A stretch of DNA of 64,000 nucleotides, taken from Candidatus Cloacimonadales bacterium (GTDB taxonomy: Bacteria > Cloacimonadota > Cloacimonadia > Cloacimonadales > JAIOQZ01). Shown piece after piece: positions 42,401 to 50,629 of this stretch. A model generated the notes under the pieces. The model made no database searches. It was not told the DNA's origin and worked only from the letters and a program-made list of their open reading frames with translations. The DNA is taken from assembly GCA_963674825.1 (NCBI GenBank), contig OY771587.1:2272001-2336000 (forward strand), read 5' to 3'. How positions within the stretch are numbered: the stretch's first letter is position 1; every line of letters starts with the position of its first letter. A program made the position numbers and the translations under genes.

Positions 42401-42639
42401 CCAATCGGTGAAAATCCTTCTCCGCCATTCCAGCTTGCGGTTCCGGACGCGTCGATATTGGCCCTCAGCTCGAAGAAGCTCCCCCAGCAAGAGCTGTTCG
42501 TGCTAACCCAGAGAAGGTGATCCAGCGTTGTAATAAGATACGGTTCGCTGGACGATCCCGATCCGGGAGGTTGAGTTCCGTCTGCGAACAAGATTGCGCA
42601 GAATATTGATATAAAAGTGAATAAAAGAATCTTACGCAT
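33487..42639 (-). CDS. Giant (~3050 aa) secreted multidomain protein: GLUG repeats, two beta-helix/choice-of-anchor-Q units, FN3, LamG, LHDPPG core, Ig-like domains
   Basis: Signal peptide MRKILLFTFISIFCAILFA with GGAGG RBS; VGGLIG repeats; GGAIY repeats; SPCINTG...DIGAVEY and a second similar unit; FTLECWF...WHHVAVV...LDDIRIWN. Confidence 0.85.
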   Translation of the reverse strand: MRKILLFTFISIFCAILFADGTQPPGSGSSSEPYLITTLDHLLWVSTNSSCWGSFFELRANIDASGTASWNGGEGFSPIGNASTPFTGEFNGYFGSIDGLSIARGSSDYQGLFGYLDDAVIEYTEVTNFSVIGANRVGGLIGYATDSYITGCDLTGTIQGGYRVGGIAGQIDNTTYLGSCTTEVTIISFSNGGGGIVGDADNSSVDKCSSVSDVSGSTSVGGILGGCIGSVISCCFSTGDVYGTGYNVGGLCGNIDNSSVHDCYSWSSVTGAAIRVGGFSGCMRNSATVDNSYSIGSVAGNSSVGGLIGSDYTGNCSVTDSFWDTEASGLSSSAGGTGKSTVEMKTASTFLDSGWDWMEESANGTNNYWGINPAENNGYPFLKWQNYENFIPIEDLVIDTNTQWSTDQTLGRNVVIQNGATLTIDPGVSVQFTEQCTISVENGRILAIGTESQEIDFFGTPSWGGIQYISTTGDSSKFVFCEFYGATNLLGGALHVEQNDHLLLRNCTFLSNTADVGGGAIYLEGSSPRIIRCLFDTNVADGSPGGAICAISSSSPEIINCSFVGNEASSGGAIYALSSGCKIINSLFNSNTSYGDGGGCHFTGTSSPLLEMTNCTVVNNSASSGGGIYSRNAQIYRNNIVWDNSSSFDISGSSSFYYCNISGYSSGALSGTSGTITGCIDALPLIENLSTFSYDLNVNSPCINTGDPNTVLEGDALLDLNGNDRYNSNGYSGVLGSAFDTIDIGAVEYQDFSPWLPTLTIDQDVQLNDTFNLAYGNTLTISPGVTLSFASGITLNLYGALIAEGTPDSVITFTAVSPGSGWEGLHFLQDGDSHANSSRMECCTVEYGQGTNGGNIYLDGDASSGTEPRLRMRNCHITQGNAQNGGAFYVKDTRLELINCILDVNSASLYGGAIYNDDSNIELTNCDVLQNSASTAEAIYADIILAMSVRNSIVWGDPENLIYPSTLEDAFYYSIVSGGYPGTEVISDNPCFANAASHDYSLEAWSPALNAGLPDTTGLDLPELDFSGNPRIHEHPAGGRSPYDRIDIGAFEFDGCKAPVAVDASDGSNDYAGYVHIEWQIDESYQPQPDGFRIYRDNVQIGSTSPSTLEMDDDNVSPGEIYLYEIEAFYLSESGRSRKNSGFIKPDGIITGSILTLNNNPSPGVTVALDPSPSYCLVLNATASITLPDPQVDLDYDFTLECWFKTSQDNQTILFRGPYQLSIDSSGKLIFTDGLNTIEQQGSAIDVCDDEWHHVAVVNDFTNTKVFMYLDGTLASLDSLYTFANNTLSDIQSGSGFVGSLDDIRIWNISRSMPEILSTMNITASYNSDGLMGYWPLNESQGDDLFDATNYCHHGSASGCTWSGETAEITLGAVTDEYGLYSITQIPYGNGTTFHVIPTLTGHGFQPQQILVTLNPSNTAANGIDFVDNSYIPLSGHVMYNGTTCPVVGATIYLRDSLEGDSTAVATTDSDGYYVFEVNPSQTCIVSASYRDHWFHRTFWNLQSVTAPVSNINFYDMFTTDLCVQVTGGSDAWPLGSFDVTTTSICGCYTAINTDNTWSDGRIIIADIPPLNYSVTVSPSGDDPFDLAIDAFFQDIRTQVVSLEEAEIGQIDTLCFNWHAPMELEVSWDSELELKHFDGAPSYEFYVLQQNHWYNVIVKALEDYRFEGHMDQISYLTNCSISINDEIGSTGGTDGTISSESGYVYTFAPYLPNILSGYERQYQNRIVFTVTDNDLDRSMAHTDWALTQGVRPLENTYATTSPELPFMILHDPPGDQSYASFCESSSHTVSIGSSVCTDTTSNTYKAIHLGLDFTSSSGLFFCVETDIDLTDDYESGISTTSSYNDSYEQSITFTTSQEYNTSDSDEIIGPDADLYIGGAVNLIWGVTKTISWIDSTSSVLEGQDIMVTPDGFATQYFYTEHQILNNVIPNLIMIGQYAAAEKWQDIIDMNSWNRTHPETNPNHPGNVSFNAGAGYTYSEETTLSEATVYEFEATVSNEFGLLIGGTVNGIGSELGYTFDASLTIGSSQTTTVENTTSCTFVLGDDDLTSELNEIPDYFTLDIGKDPVYGTPVFDLIAGASSCPWEPETLPRDGVTFGASADSIGGLQNGSAAVFALYLGNSSQSGEDRRYYLEVQHGTNPTGATVRVNGVPLEGAMAFDIEGGETATAYMTIEQGPGSYQISGLTLEFYAEGDRGNSGPDGHFFDIFRSFGVSWETPYSLVEILQPEEGWILNQECGNMLEVILTGYDTSISTLQSLKLEYRDPNESLWIPGLEIVRDSLEVHPHYIVEDWDVSGITDGMYQIRAVAVDSIHTNYHTTALNGVIDREPPEVWGVPEPVDDLLGPDDIICVRFNEAIDPGSVLPDGVSLQFEGGNEIDITVQIDDSELSIVPDWDNSWLENHTLIARVTGISDLYGNRIADPIEWRFYVNASPIGWSTTKIELIKPLGEEATFEVDLVNDGGQTCDFTLEDLPAWLSAQPMEGQLAPLDSETISFTVSSQIGFGSYEGTLNAVIPGFGNEPLTVEVSVLANPPSWASTWDLNYDYTMSITGCIMIEEEVSEDPFDIIGAFIQSPQGDWECRGVAQTEFVEYLEGVWQFFLTIHSDVEYGEALQFRVWDNSQAKEYYGIDESYSFLSGATFGSPILPDTIHVSGALVQEIDCANGWTWLSLNLVNENSMTLDDVLQSLNCTDGDLIKSQTAYAQFTTSSGWVGTLDSLNTVGMFKLNLSSNDNLRHTGMLEDPETTLIEYGSGWNWIGYIPHVSISVDEALAGITNQATGDVIKSQRSFAQYIEGYGWIGSLRFMNPGHGYMLQAVNSGSFTYPHYTISRCNEAMDVFAQPEIKLPRDDPSWQVNPLEYEYSSNITSVIQANGEILNTSDITLAAFCGDECRGIAEPVFVMDQWTFFLTQYANTMYETMHYRVYDSELNIIHTLSDTLVFISNQILGDPLDPYVFNIQTAGLTAPQNVQIVFDGNSVQLSWDSVSGTNSYHVYHSDNPNGGWVEITELGDFSIERSDSPATRTRMGRITWETSQQTGGMNFYRITSDTEASR

Positions 42640-42994
42640 CATTTCCTCCATGCATTGAATGTTTGTCATGTGTTTGTTTTATTCTCAGTTCGTGTTCGCT
42701 TTGGACAATCGAGTAAGGGCAGTTTTGGATTGTATCAAAAATAGCTTTCAGGCGGGGTTCGACGAGCACGGTCACATCCGTTTCAGGATTCATGTTGTGA
42801 ACTGACTGAAGAAGCATGATATCGGAAAGGCGTTTCAGTTCCAGGATAATGTGACCATGATTACCGCTTCGAAGCAATTGAAGAAACTGCTTCCGATCAT
42901 GAACGATCTTCAAATCGTGATTCTGATATCGAAACCACTCGATTCGTTCCGTGTCGGCTTCGTGATCTTTCAGGAAGGCAAGATATTTTTCCAT
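42632..42994 (-). CDS. Small protein, possible degenerate receiver domain
   Basis: 120 aa ORF between the sigma-54 promoter and the giant gene, overlapping its start; IILEL...LLQSVHNMNPETDVTVL resembles a receiver fold. Confidence 0.6.
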   Translation of the reverse strand: MEKYLAFLKDHEADTERIEWFRYQNHDLKIVHDRKQFLQLLRSGNHGHIILELKRLSDIMLLQSVHNMNPETDVTVLVEPRLKAIFDTIQNCPYSIVQSEHELRIKQTHDKHSMHGGNDA

Positions 42995-43015
42995 ACTGCA
43001 CCCGGATTAATAAAT

Positions 43016-43031
43016 TGCAAGCCTGGTGCCA
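43016..43031 (-). promoter_or_regulatory. Sigma-54 (-24/-12) promoter
   Basis: TGGCAC-CAGGC-TTGCA, exact consensus, 22 nt upstream of the ATG at 42994 and next to a sigma-54 activator gene. Confidence 0.88.
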
Positions 43032-43099
43032 TTGGTGGATATGTCGCGTAACTACATCAATAGTATTGTGTTAGGCATTATTGATATTGCTGGGGACTG

Positions 43100-43248
43100 G
43101 TCGATATCGAATGATTTGATCTTGCTGTATGAAGGGGCTGTAATGTGCTATAGCTGTTGCTGAAGAGTCTCGAAACCTGTGTGCTCGATATCGTCGATAG
43201 TGCTCGATATCGAACGCCAATAGAAGCGAAAATTATGCTCGATGGCGA
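43100..43248. promoter_or_regulatory. Candidate upstream activator sites (CGATATCG palindromes)
   Basis: GTGCTCGATATCG at 43181 and 43200, TCGATATCGA at 43101, degenerate TGCTCGATGGCG at 43237. Confidence 0.5.
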
Positions 43249-43251
43249 ACA

Positions 43252-44643
43252 TTAATCGAAACGCAGCTTATGCTTTTCGATACGGCGATGTAAACTTGCG
43301 CGGGTGATACCGAGCTTTTTCGCTGCTGCGGCCTTATTACCGTCGCAAAGTTTCATGGCCCTATTGATGAGCGAAATCTCGAGCAATTCCAGTTGATCCA
43401 GATGAAGCGAATCGTCTGTTGGTGGAGTGGGGATATCCATTGCATGTGCATTGAGGTCGGGGAAGCAATTCCAATCAAGTGTCCGACTGTTGTTGTCCGA
43501 AAGGATCAGCGCTTTTTCCAGAATATTGCGCAATTCCCGTATATTTCCCGGGAAATCAAGGTTAATCAGCGCTTGCATGACAACAGGATTGATCTGCTTC
43601 GGTGGGCGTTTCATGGACTGGGAGAGCTTGCAGTTGAAATGCTCGATGAGCGCTGGGATGTCGGAGCGTCGTTCTCGCAGTGTCGGGATGTGGATGGAGA
43701 ATCGGTTCAGGCGATAGAACAGATCGCGCCGGAAGGAGCCGTTCATAACCATCTGGTCGAGATTCCGGTTGGTCGAGGCGATGACGCGCAGAGTCAGGTG
43801 TATCTCGATGGAGGACCCGATCTTGCGTATCTTGCGTTCTTCAAGGACACGCAGGAGTTTGCTTTGCATCGTCGGGCTGAGTTCACCGATCTCGTCGAGA
43901 AACAGCGTGCCTTCGTTCGCGATCTCGAAAAAGCCTTTTTTCTCGATATCGGCTCCGGTGAAGGCGTTTTTACGATGCCCGAACGCTTCGCTTTCAAACA
44001 AGGTTTCGGGAATTGACGGGCAATTAACGTCGTAAAAAACACCTTTCGTTGCTGTATCCTGCATGAAAATGTCCCTTGCCGCAAGTTCTTTGCCGACACC
44101 GCTTTCGCCGGTAATGAGGACGTCCACACAGGGCGTCGATGCGATTTTCCGGGTCAGCTCCCGTACGTGCTGAATTTCCGGGCTGCTGCCGATAATTGCT
44201 CCCCCAATGCAGTAATCGGAGGATGCCAGCAGATTTTGGTAAGATGTTTCCACGCCATTGAGCCGCTGCTTTAGACCGATGTGTCGCACGGTACGTTCGA
44301 TAGCCAGCCTGATATCATCCAGCTTGAAGGGCTTGCGGAAGAAGTCGATCGCGCCCATTCGCATGGCTTCTATTACGTCATCCATATCGCCGTGGCCGCT
44401 GATCATGATCACACCGACATCGGGATTTATTTCATGGATTGCTGCCAGAAGGTCGGTTCCACTCATCTCCGGCAGGCGTAGATCCAGGATTGCGATGTCG
44501 ATCATGTGTTTTTCAACGATCTTCAGCGCTTCAGTCGGTCGGCCCGTTTTGAAAGCTGTGTATCCCTGATTTTGCAGGAACTCCTCGATCGCTTCCTGGT
44601 AGCCGGTTTCGTCATCTACAATCAGCACATTAAGCATATTCAT
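43252..44643 (-). CDS. Sigma-54-dependent response regulator (NtrC/AtoC family)
   Basis: Receiver (VDDE, LDLRLP, KP), GESGVGKE, NAFTGA, LFLDEIG, FRRDLFYRL, Fis-type HTH. Confidence 0.95.
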   Translation of the reverse strand: MNMLNVLIVDDETGYQEAIEEFLQNQGYTAFKTGRPTEALKIVEKHMIDIAILDLRLPEMSGTDLLAAIHEINPDVGVIMISGHGDMDDVIEAMRMGAIDFFRKPFKLDDIRLAIERTVRHIGLKQRLNGVETSYQNLLASSDYCIGGAIIGSSPEIQHVRELTRKIASTPCVDVLITGESGVGKELAARDIFMQDTATKGVFYDVNCPSIPETLFESEAFGHRKNAFTGADIEKKGFFEIANEGTLFLDEIGELSPTMQSKLLRVLEERKIRKIGSSIEIHLTLRVIASTNRNLDQMVMNGSFRRDLFYRLNRFSIHIPTLRERRSDIPALIEHFNCKLSQSMKRPPKQINPVVMQALINLDFPGNIRELRNILEKALILSDNNSRTLDWNCFPDLNAHAMDIPTPPTDDSLHLDQLELLEISLINRAMKLCDGNKAAAAKKLGITRASLHRRIEKHKLRFD

Positions 44644-46615
44644 TACCAACCTCGCCAGTGCTTTCAGCCTTTTCATGACTGGTTTCCGCTATGAACTCGG
44701 GAATCGTAACGATCATGCGTGTGTATTCTCCGGATTCTGTTTCGCACCGGATATCGCCATTCATTTCCTGAATGATCCCATAACTGATCGAAAGTCCCAA
44801 GCCGGTTCCCTTCTGCTCATCTTTGGTCGTGAAGAAGGGTTCGAAAATGTGATTTTGAATGGTTTCCGGAATGCCTACGCCGTTGTCCTCGATCTCGATT
44901 TGTATGGATCCTTCGTTATTGAAAAGCGTTACGCCAATCCGCTGTCCATCGTCATATTGGTCATACTTCGAATTCAAGGCGTCGCGTGCGTTGACCAGCA
45001 GATTCAAGATAACCTGCTCAAAGCGATGCGGATTGCCGAAAGCAAAGGTTTCTTCAGCCTTGAAGTCACGTTCGATAGCGATATTGTGATTCTTGTATTG
45101 CACTTCGATCATCGAAAGCGCTTTATTGATTACATCGGACACATTGAATCGCTGAAAGCGTTCAGCATTTTGTTCTCGCGAGAATATTCGGATGTGTTCG
45201 ATGATTTGCTTGATTCGATCTATATTCTGGTCCAGATAATTCGATTTGTCCTGGAGGTATTTTTTCGAGGGCAATCCTCTTTCTATGCTTTGAAACAGGT
45301 TGTCGATACCGAGCTGGATCAAACCGAGCGGTTGATTGATTTCATGCGCGATTCCGGCGGCCATGCGACCGAGCGATTCGAGCTTTGATTTCTGGATCAC
45401 GAACTGCTCCTGCTGGTTTCGACGCTCAATCTCCTTCTGAACCCGTTCTTCGAGTTCCTGATTCCAGCGCTGCAATTCCTCTTCAGCTTTCTCAAGCATC
45501 TCATTCTGCTGCTCGATTTCATCGTTCTTCTGCTCGAGTTCCTGATTCTTCTCGCGCAACAGGCGCGATTCGCGTTCGAACCTCTCAACCTCAAGTCTGG
45601 TCGATGTTTCTTGAATCAGACGATTGCGTTTTTCATCGAATTGTTGATCGAGGAGTGTGATGTATTCTTCTGTCATTTTCAGCGCGGCTTCGAAATCTCC
45701 ATTTCGCTTCCGAAAATCGATTACAGAATCCATGATCTCGATCAGGCTGCTCTTTGAATTGACTTCCTTCGCGATCACCAGAGCAGATTCAAGATGTTTT
45801 TGCTCATTCTCCAAATCACCACATTTCCTATACATGCGGGCATATGCATGGTGAATATTTGCAAGGATCGAAATATCTCCAACCTTTTCATTCAGCTTGA
45901 TACTTTTATGGAGATAGGTCTCAGCTTCATGGAGATTATCAAGCTTGAGGTAGATCGTCGCCATTTGCAGATATGCTCTGCACAGACCGAACATATCGTC
46001 AACTTCTTGCATGATGTCGATATTGGAGATGTGTAATTCAAGAGCGCGTCGATAATTACCGGTGTGTTGTTCTACGCTTGCCAGGTTGTTCCGCGCAACA
46101 GATTCGAAATGCTTGAGGTTGAATTTCTTTGTATTATCGAGAGCCTGGAGCAGGATCTCTCGTGCCTTGTCGAATTGAGTCTGATGCGTATAACACCGAC
46201 CTATGTTGATTAGAAGGTTGGTATTCAATGCAGGCATATTGCAACAGTCCTGCAACGCCATGTTTTTCTGGAAATACTCAATGGCTTTGTCATCATCTGC
46301 CAGTTTCTGGTATACCAGTCCGATATTGGTGTAACAACATCGAAGACCATAGTAATAATTTACTTCATCGAAGATGGTTGTCGCCTGTTGAAAGTAATTG
46401 ATCGCTTCGCCATCTTTTCCCTGATTGAATAGCCCGACCCCGATGTGCATCAGCGATTGTCCTTCTTCCTCTCGAAGGTGCTCTCGCTGGGCTATCGTCA
46501 GCGCTTCTCGACTTATTTCGATGCAGCGCTGTGGATTTGCCTTCGATATTGAAAAGGCTTCATTGATCAAATTGCGTATCTGCATTTGGGTATCAGTCAG
46601 TTTCGATGACTCCAT
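44630..46615 (-). CDS. TPR-repeat sensor histidine kinase
   Basis: N-terminal TPR array, coiled coil, AHEINQPL, NLLVNA, DNGVG, PFFTTK, GTGLGL; no TM helix. Confidence 0.92.
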   Translation of the reverse strand: MESSKLTDTQMQIRNLINEAFSISKANPQRCIEISREALTIAQREHLREEEGQSLMHIGVGLFNQGKDGEAINYFQQATTIFDEVNYYYGLRCCYTNIGLVYQKLADDDKAIEYFQKNMALQDCCNMPALNTNLLINIGRCYTHQTQFDKAREILLQALDNTKKFNLKHFESVARNNLASVEQHTGNYRRALELHISNIDIMQEVDDMFGLCRAYLQMATIYLKLDNLHEAETYLHKSIKLNEKVGDISILANIHHAYARMYRKCGDLENEQKHLESALVIAKEVNSKSSLIEIMDSVIDFRKRNGDFEAALKMTEEYITLLDQQFDEKRNRLIQETSTRLEVERFERESRLLREKNQELEQKNDEIEQQNEMLEKAEEELQRWNQELEERVQKEIERRNQQEQFVIQKSKLESLGRMAAGIAHEINQPLGLIQLGIDNLFQSIERGLPSKKYLQDKSNYLDQNIDRIKQIIEHIRIFSREQNAERFQRFNVSDVINKALSMIEVQYKNHNIAIERDFKAEETFAFGNPHRFEQVILNLLVNARDALNSKYDQYDDGQRIGVTLFNNEGSIQIEIEDNGVGIPETIQNHIFEPFFTTKDEQKGTGLGLSISYGIIQEMNGDIRCETESGEYTRMIVTIPEFIAETSHEKAESTGEVGNEYA

Positions 46616-47076
46616 GGTTTCCCTCAATCATTTCTTTGATTATGGGAGTAATCACAAATTAGTCAAGATTAATTGATTACGGGCCGCAAAAATACCTGAA
46701 ACAACTGCCGTTTCCAGCACTATTCGGTCGTGCAACCTTTCCATAAATGAAACAGTGTTTTTCGTACAAATAACTGACAAATGACCTGTTTATATCTTTA
46801 CACAACTGATGACCAGGATTGTTGTAAGGAATGTCGATCTGAGGCAGATAGATTTAATGATCAGGCTGGGCAGAATGTTATCTTCGAGGCTGGGAATTTC
46901 TTCGGTTAACTTGAGCGTGGCAATACTGTCATTTTTAAGGAACACAATGTTGAAAATCCCTCTGATATTCTTGGATTAGGCCATATCAGTACCATCAGCC
47001 AGTGGAAGGATGAGCTAGACAAAGAAATATCGGCCATTTACGGAGATCAGAAAAAGACATCCGGAAATGAGATCAT

Positions 47077-47244
47077 CATCCGCCGGCATATTCGCCCGTT
47101 CCCTCGCGACGCCGTGTAACACCACGTCTTCGAAGTGGATGAACACGGCTGCTCGCGATCGAACGAATCTGCTCGCGGAGGGTGCGGGATTTGCGCAATA
47201 AAAACCCAGCACTGATGTACCGGGCTAAAAAACATACGCTACTG
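47077..47244. repeat. ~170 bp structured direct repeat, copy 2 (includes the meaB terminator)
   Basis: Direct copy of 33175-33345; begins about 12 nt downstream of the meaB stop. Confidence 0.92.
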
Positions 47245-47255
47245 CGGGACTGGGA

Positions 47256-48350
47256 TCAACTTTCAAGCAGCTTCAACAATTCACGAACCGCTTGCGTAAC
47301 GGGCAGATCGCCCATGACAATCTTTTGCTCAATGTCGGGCATGATAGCCTTGATGTTGGGATCGTTGTAAAACTTGTTTAGCAGTGCTTCCTTGATCATG
47401 GCGTGCATCCAGTCTTTGGATTGCTGCCGTCTGCGTGCTTCGAAGATTCCTGATTGCCGGGTAGTGTCTCGGAATCGGGTGATGAGTTCCCATATTTCAG
47501 AGATTCCGGAGCCATCGAGCGCGGAGCAGGTCACGGAAGGGGTTTGCCAGCCTTTGGTGGCGGGATTGATGTAGTGGAGGACCTGTTCGATCTCTGCACG
47601 TGCGCGATTAGCTCTTTGCAGGTTGTCGCCATCAGCCTTGTTGATGACAATGGCGTCCGCGAGTTCCATCACGCCTTTCTTGATGCCCTGGAGTTCGTCG
47701 CCAGCGCCAGCGATCTTCATCAGCAGGAAGAAATCGACCATGGAGCGCACGGTGATCTCGTTTTGCCCGACTCCCACCGTTTCGATGAGGATGACGTCGA
47801 AGCCTGCTGCTTCGCAAACAAGGGCTGTCTCACGGGTTTTACGGGTAACGCCGCCCAACTCGCCGCCGGATGGAGAAGGCCGGATAAAACTGTTTTGCTC
47901 GCGCGAGAGGAGCTCCATGCGGGTTTTATCCCCCAGAACACTACCACGCGAGATGCTGCTGGAGGGATCTACGGCCAGCACGGCGACTTTATGACCTTGC
48001 TGGATCAGGTTAAGACCAAACGCCTCGATAAAGGTGCTCTTACCAGCACCTGGGACGCCCGTAATGCCGATGCGGATGGAGTCTCCAGACGGGAGTCGGC
48101 GGAGGAGTTCTTGAGCCTGGTCGATGTGGCGATTGCTCTCGATGAGGGTAATTGCACGCGCCAGGGTGGTACGGTCATCGGCGAGGACGCCTTCGACGTA
48201 TTCGTCGATGGAGAGGTCACGGCGCTTCCCGGCAGGTTTGATGCGGCGGTTTTTGTGATGCTGATTATCGACGCCTTTCATCACCGATGTGGTGAATTCG
48301 CTGCCGGCGTCTTCGGGTACCCATTCGGGTCGTTTCTTGTCATCGGACAT
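47256..48350 (-). CDS. meaB: Methylmalonyl-CoA mutase-associated GTPase MeaB
   Basis: GITGVPGAGKST, AVDPSS, LGDKTRM, ETVGVGQ, NKAD. Confidence 0.96.
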   Translation of the reverse strand: MSDDKKRPEWVPEDAGSEFTTSVMKGVDNQHHKNRRIKPAGKRRDLSIDEYVEGVLADDRTTLARAITLIESNRHIDQAQELLRRLPSGDSIRIGITGVPGAGKSTFIEAFGLNLIQQGHKVAVLAVDPSSSISRGSVLGDKTRMELLSREQNSFIRPSPSGGELGGVTRKTRETALVCEAAGFDVILIETVGVGQNEITVRSMVDFFLLMKIAGAGDELQGIKKGVMELADAIVINKADGDNLQRANRARAEIEQVLHYINPATKGWQTPSVTCSALDGSGISEIWELITRFRDTTRQSGIFEARRRQQSKDWMHAMIKEALLNKFYNDPNIKAIMPDIEQKIVMGDLPVTQAVRELLKLLES

Positions 48351-48370
48351 GCGTATTCCTTAAAGGGAAA

Positions 48371-48396
48371 GGGCAGGCACGGTGACCTGCCCCTAC
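48371..48396 (-). repeat. GTAG-type REP hairpin, family A
   Basis: Minus strand GTAGGGGCAGGTCACCGTGCCTGCCC. Confidence 0.75.
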
Positions 48397-48429
48397 AATT
48401 AATGAAATCTATCGAGTTATCCCCAAGAG

Positions 48430-48456
48430 ATGCAGAGCTGGAGCTCTGCGTACCCA
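48430..48456. repeat. REP-like hairpin, family B
   Basis: ATGCAGAGC-TGGA-GCTCTGC-GTACCCA. Confidence 0.7.
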
Positions 48457-48460
48457 GAGG

Positions 48461-50629
48461 TTATCCCAATCTCTTTTCGAGTTCTTCGAGCATCTTCTTC
48501 GCGGCGTCCGGCAGGACGGTTCCCGGTCCGAAGATGGCAGCAGCGCCGTGCTCGTAGAGGTAGTCGTAATCCTGTGCAGGGATAACACCGCCGCAGACGA
48601 TCATGATGTCGCCGCGACCGAGTTTTTCCAGCTCTTCCACGAGCTGCGGAAGCAGGGTTTTATGACCACCGGCAAGCGAGCTCATGCCGATGACGTGAAC
48701 GTCGTTCTCGACAGCCTGACGCGCGGTTTCCTCGGGAGTCTGGAAGAGCGGTCCGACGTCGACATCGAATCCCATATCGGCATATGCGGTGGATACCACT
48801 TTCATGCCGCGGTCGTGTCCATCCTGGCCCATCTTCGCCATGAGGATGCGCGGACGGCGGCCTTCGTTCTCGGCAAATTCGTCGGTCATCTTGCGGACTT
48901 CTTCGACGGCCGCTTCTTCGGCGAATTCACTGCTATAGACACCGGATACGATCTTTGTCACAGCTTTGTGTCTCCCATATACTTTTTCCAGTGCGTCGGA
49001 TATTTCGCCCAGGGAGGCACGCAGTCTGGCAGCTTCGATGGACAGCGCCAGAAGGTTGCCTTCGCCGCTCTCGGCAGCGTTGGTAAGCGCTTGCAGTGCG
49101 GCCTCGACCTTCTTGTTGTCGCGGTTCGCCTTGAGCTGTTCGAGGCGCTTGAGCTGAGCCTGACGCACGGAGGTATTGTCAACTTCGAGGATCTCGATCG
49201 GTTCTTCCTTATCGAGACGGTATTTATTCACGCCCACGATGGTTTCCCGCTTGGAATCGATGTGCGCCTGGCGACGTGCCGCGGCTTCCTCGATGCGGAG
49301 TTTCGGGATACCTTCGTTGATGGCTTTGGTCATGCCACCGAGGGATTCGACCTCTTTGAGGTGTTCCCATCCACGCTTGATCAGCTCGCCCGTGAGTGCT
49401 TCCACGTAATAGGAGCCGCCCCAGGGATCGACCACGTCGCAGATACCTGTTTCATGCTGGAGGTAGAGCTGGGTGTTACGCGCGATACGAGCCGAGAAAT
49501 CGGTAGGCAGCGCGATAGCTTCGTCCAGCGAGTTGGTGTGCAGCGACTGGGTGTGACCGAGTGCTGCGGCCATCGCTTCCACGCAGGTACGGACGACGTT
49601 GTTGAACGGATCTTGCTCGGTGAGCGACCAGCCAGATGTCTGGCTGTGGGTTCTGAGCGCCATCGATTTCGGGTCTTTCGGGTTGAACTGCTTGATCAGG
49701 TTTGCCCAGATCACGCGAGCTGCGCGCATCTTGGCGATTTCCATGAAGTAGTTCATGCCGATGCCCCAGAAGAACGAGAGGCGCGGTGCGAACGCATCGA
49801 CGTCAATACCGGCCTTGAGACCGGTGCGTACGTATTCGAGGCCGTCCGCGAGGGTGTATGCCATTTCCAGGTCGGCAGTCGCACCGGCTTCCTGCATGTG
49901 GTAGCCGCTGATGCTGATGCTGTTGAACTTGGGCATGTTTTCCGAGGTGAACCGGAAGATGTCCGCGATGATTCGCATGGAGGGTTCCGGCGGATAGATG
50001 TAGGTGTTGCGCACCATGTATTCTTTCAGGATGTCGTTCTGGATGGTACCGGTGAGCTTTTCGAGCGGAACGCCCTGTTCTTCGGCGGCGACGATGTAGA
50101 ATGCCATCACCGGAAGCACGGCACCGTTCATGGTCATGGAGACCGACATCTTGTCGAGCGGAATGCCATCGAAGAGGATCTTCATGTCGAGGATCGAATC
50201 GACTGCCACACCGGCCTTACCGACGTCGCCAACCACTCGCGGATGATCGGAATCGTAGCCGCGATGGGTCGCAAGGTCGAACGCGATGGAGAGACCACGC
50301 TGTCCCTGTGCCAGGTTCCTTTTGTAGAACGCGTTGGATTCTTCCGCTGTGGAAAATCCGGCGTACTGACGGACCGTCCATGGACGCATAGCGTACATGG
50401 TCGCGTATGGTCCCCTGAGGAACGGTGGAATACCGGCTGTGAAGCCGAGGTGATCGTAACCCTTGAGGTCTTCCGCGGTGTAGAGCGGTTTGACCGGGAT
50501 CTGTTCGTTGGTGTTCCAGATTACTTCGCCTGGGGTCTTGCCCGTGGCTTTCTTGAAGGCTTCTTCCCACTCCTGGAAGCTGCCCGACGGCTTCATTTCG
50601 AGGTTGTGTTTGCTGAAATCTGGTTTCAT
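48461..50629 (-). CDS. mutB: Methylmalonyl-CoA mutase catalytic subunit
   Basis: [19 protein letters not shown]12-binding MGQDGHDRG. Confidence 0.97.
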   Translation of the reverse strand: MKPDFSKHNLEMKPSGSFQEWEEAFKKATGKTPGEVIWNTNEQIPVKPLYTAEDLKGYDHLGFTAGIPPFLRGPYATMYAMRPWTVRQYAGFSTAEESNAFYKRNLAQGQRGLSIAFDLATHRGYDSDHPRVVGDVGKAGVAVDSILDMKILFDGIPLDKMSVSMTMNGAVLPVMAFYIVAAEEQGVPLEKLTGTIQNDILKEYMVRNTYIYPPEPSMRIIADIFRFTSENMPKFNSISISGYHMQEAGATADLEMAYTLADGLEYVRTGLKAGIDVDAFAPRLSFFWGIGMNYFMEIAKMRAARVIWANLIKQFNPKDPKSMALRTHSQTSGWSLTEQDPFNNVVRTCVEAMAAALGHTQSLHTNSLDEAIALPTDFSARIARNTQLYLQHETGICDVVDPWGGSYYVEALTGELIKRGWEHLKEVESLGGMTKAINEGIPKLRIEEAAARRQAHIDSKRETIVGVNKYRLDKEEPIEILEVDNTSVRQAQLKRLEQLKANRDNKKVEAALQALTNAAESGEGNLLALSIEAARLRASLGEISDALEKVYGRHKAVTKIVSGVYSSEFAEEAAVEEVRKMTDEFAENEGRRPRILMAKMGQDGHDRGMKVVSTAYADMGFDVDVGPLFQTPEETARQAVENDVHVIGMSSLAGGHKTLLPQLVEELEKLGRGDIMIVCGGVIPAQDYDYLYEHGAAAIFGPGTVLPDAAKKMLEELEKRLG

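Noticed and set aside
46628..47076. AT-rich ~450 bp intergenic region as an RNA gene or small ORF
   Set aside because: No convincing structure or ORF; probably the promoter region of the TPR kinase.
33175..47244. Repeats as a CRISPR array, integron attC sites or IS ends
   Set aside because: Only two long copies 13.7 kb apart; no spacers, cas, intI or transposase genes, and no clear attC R boxes or target duplication.
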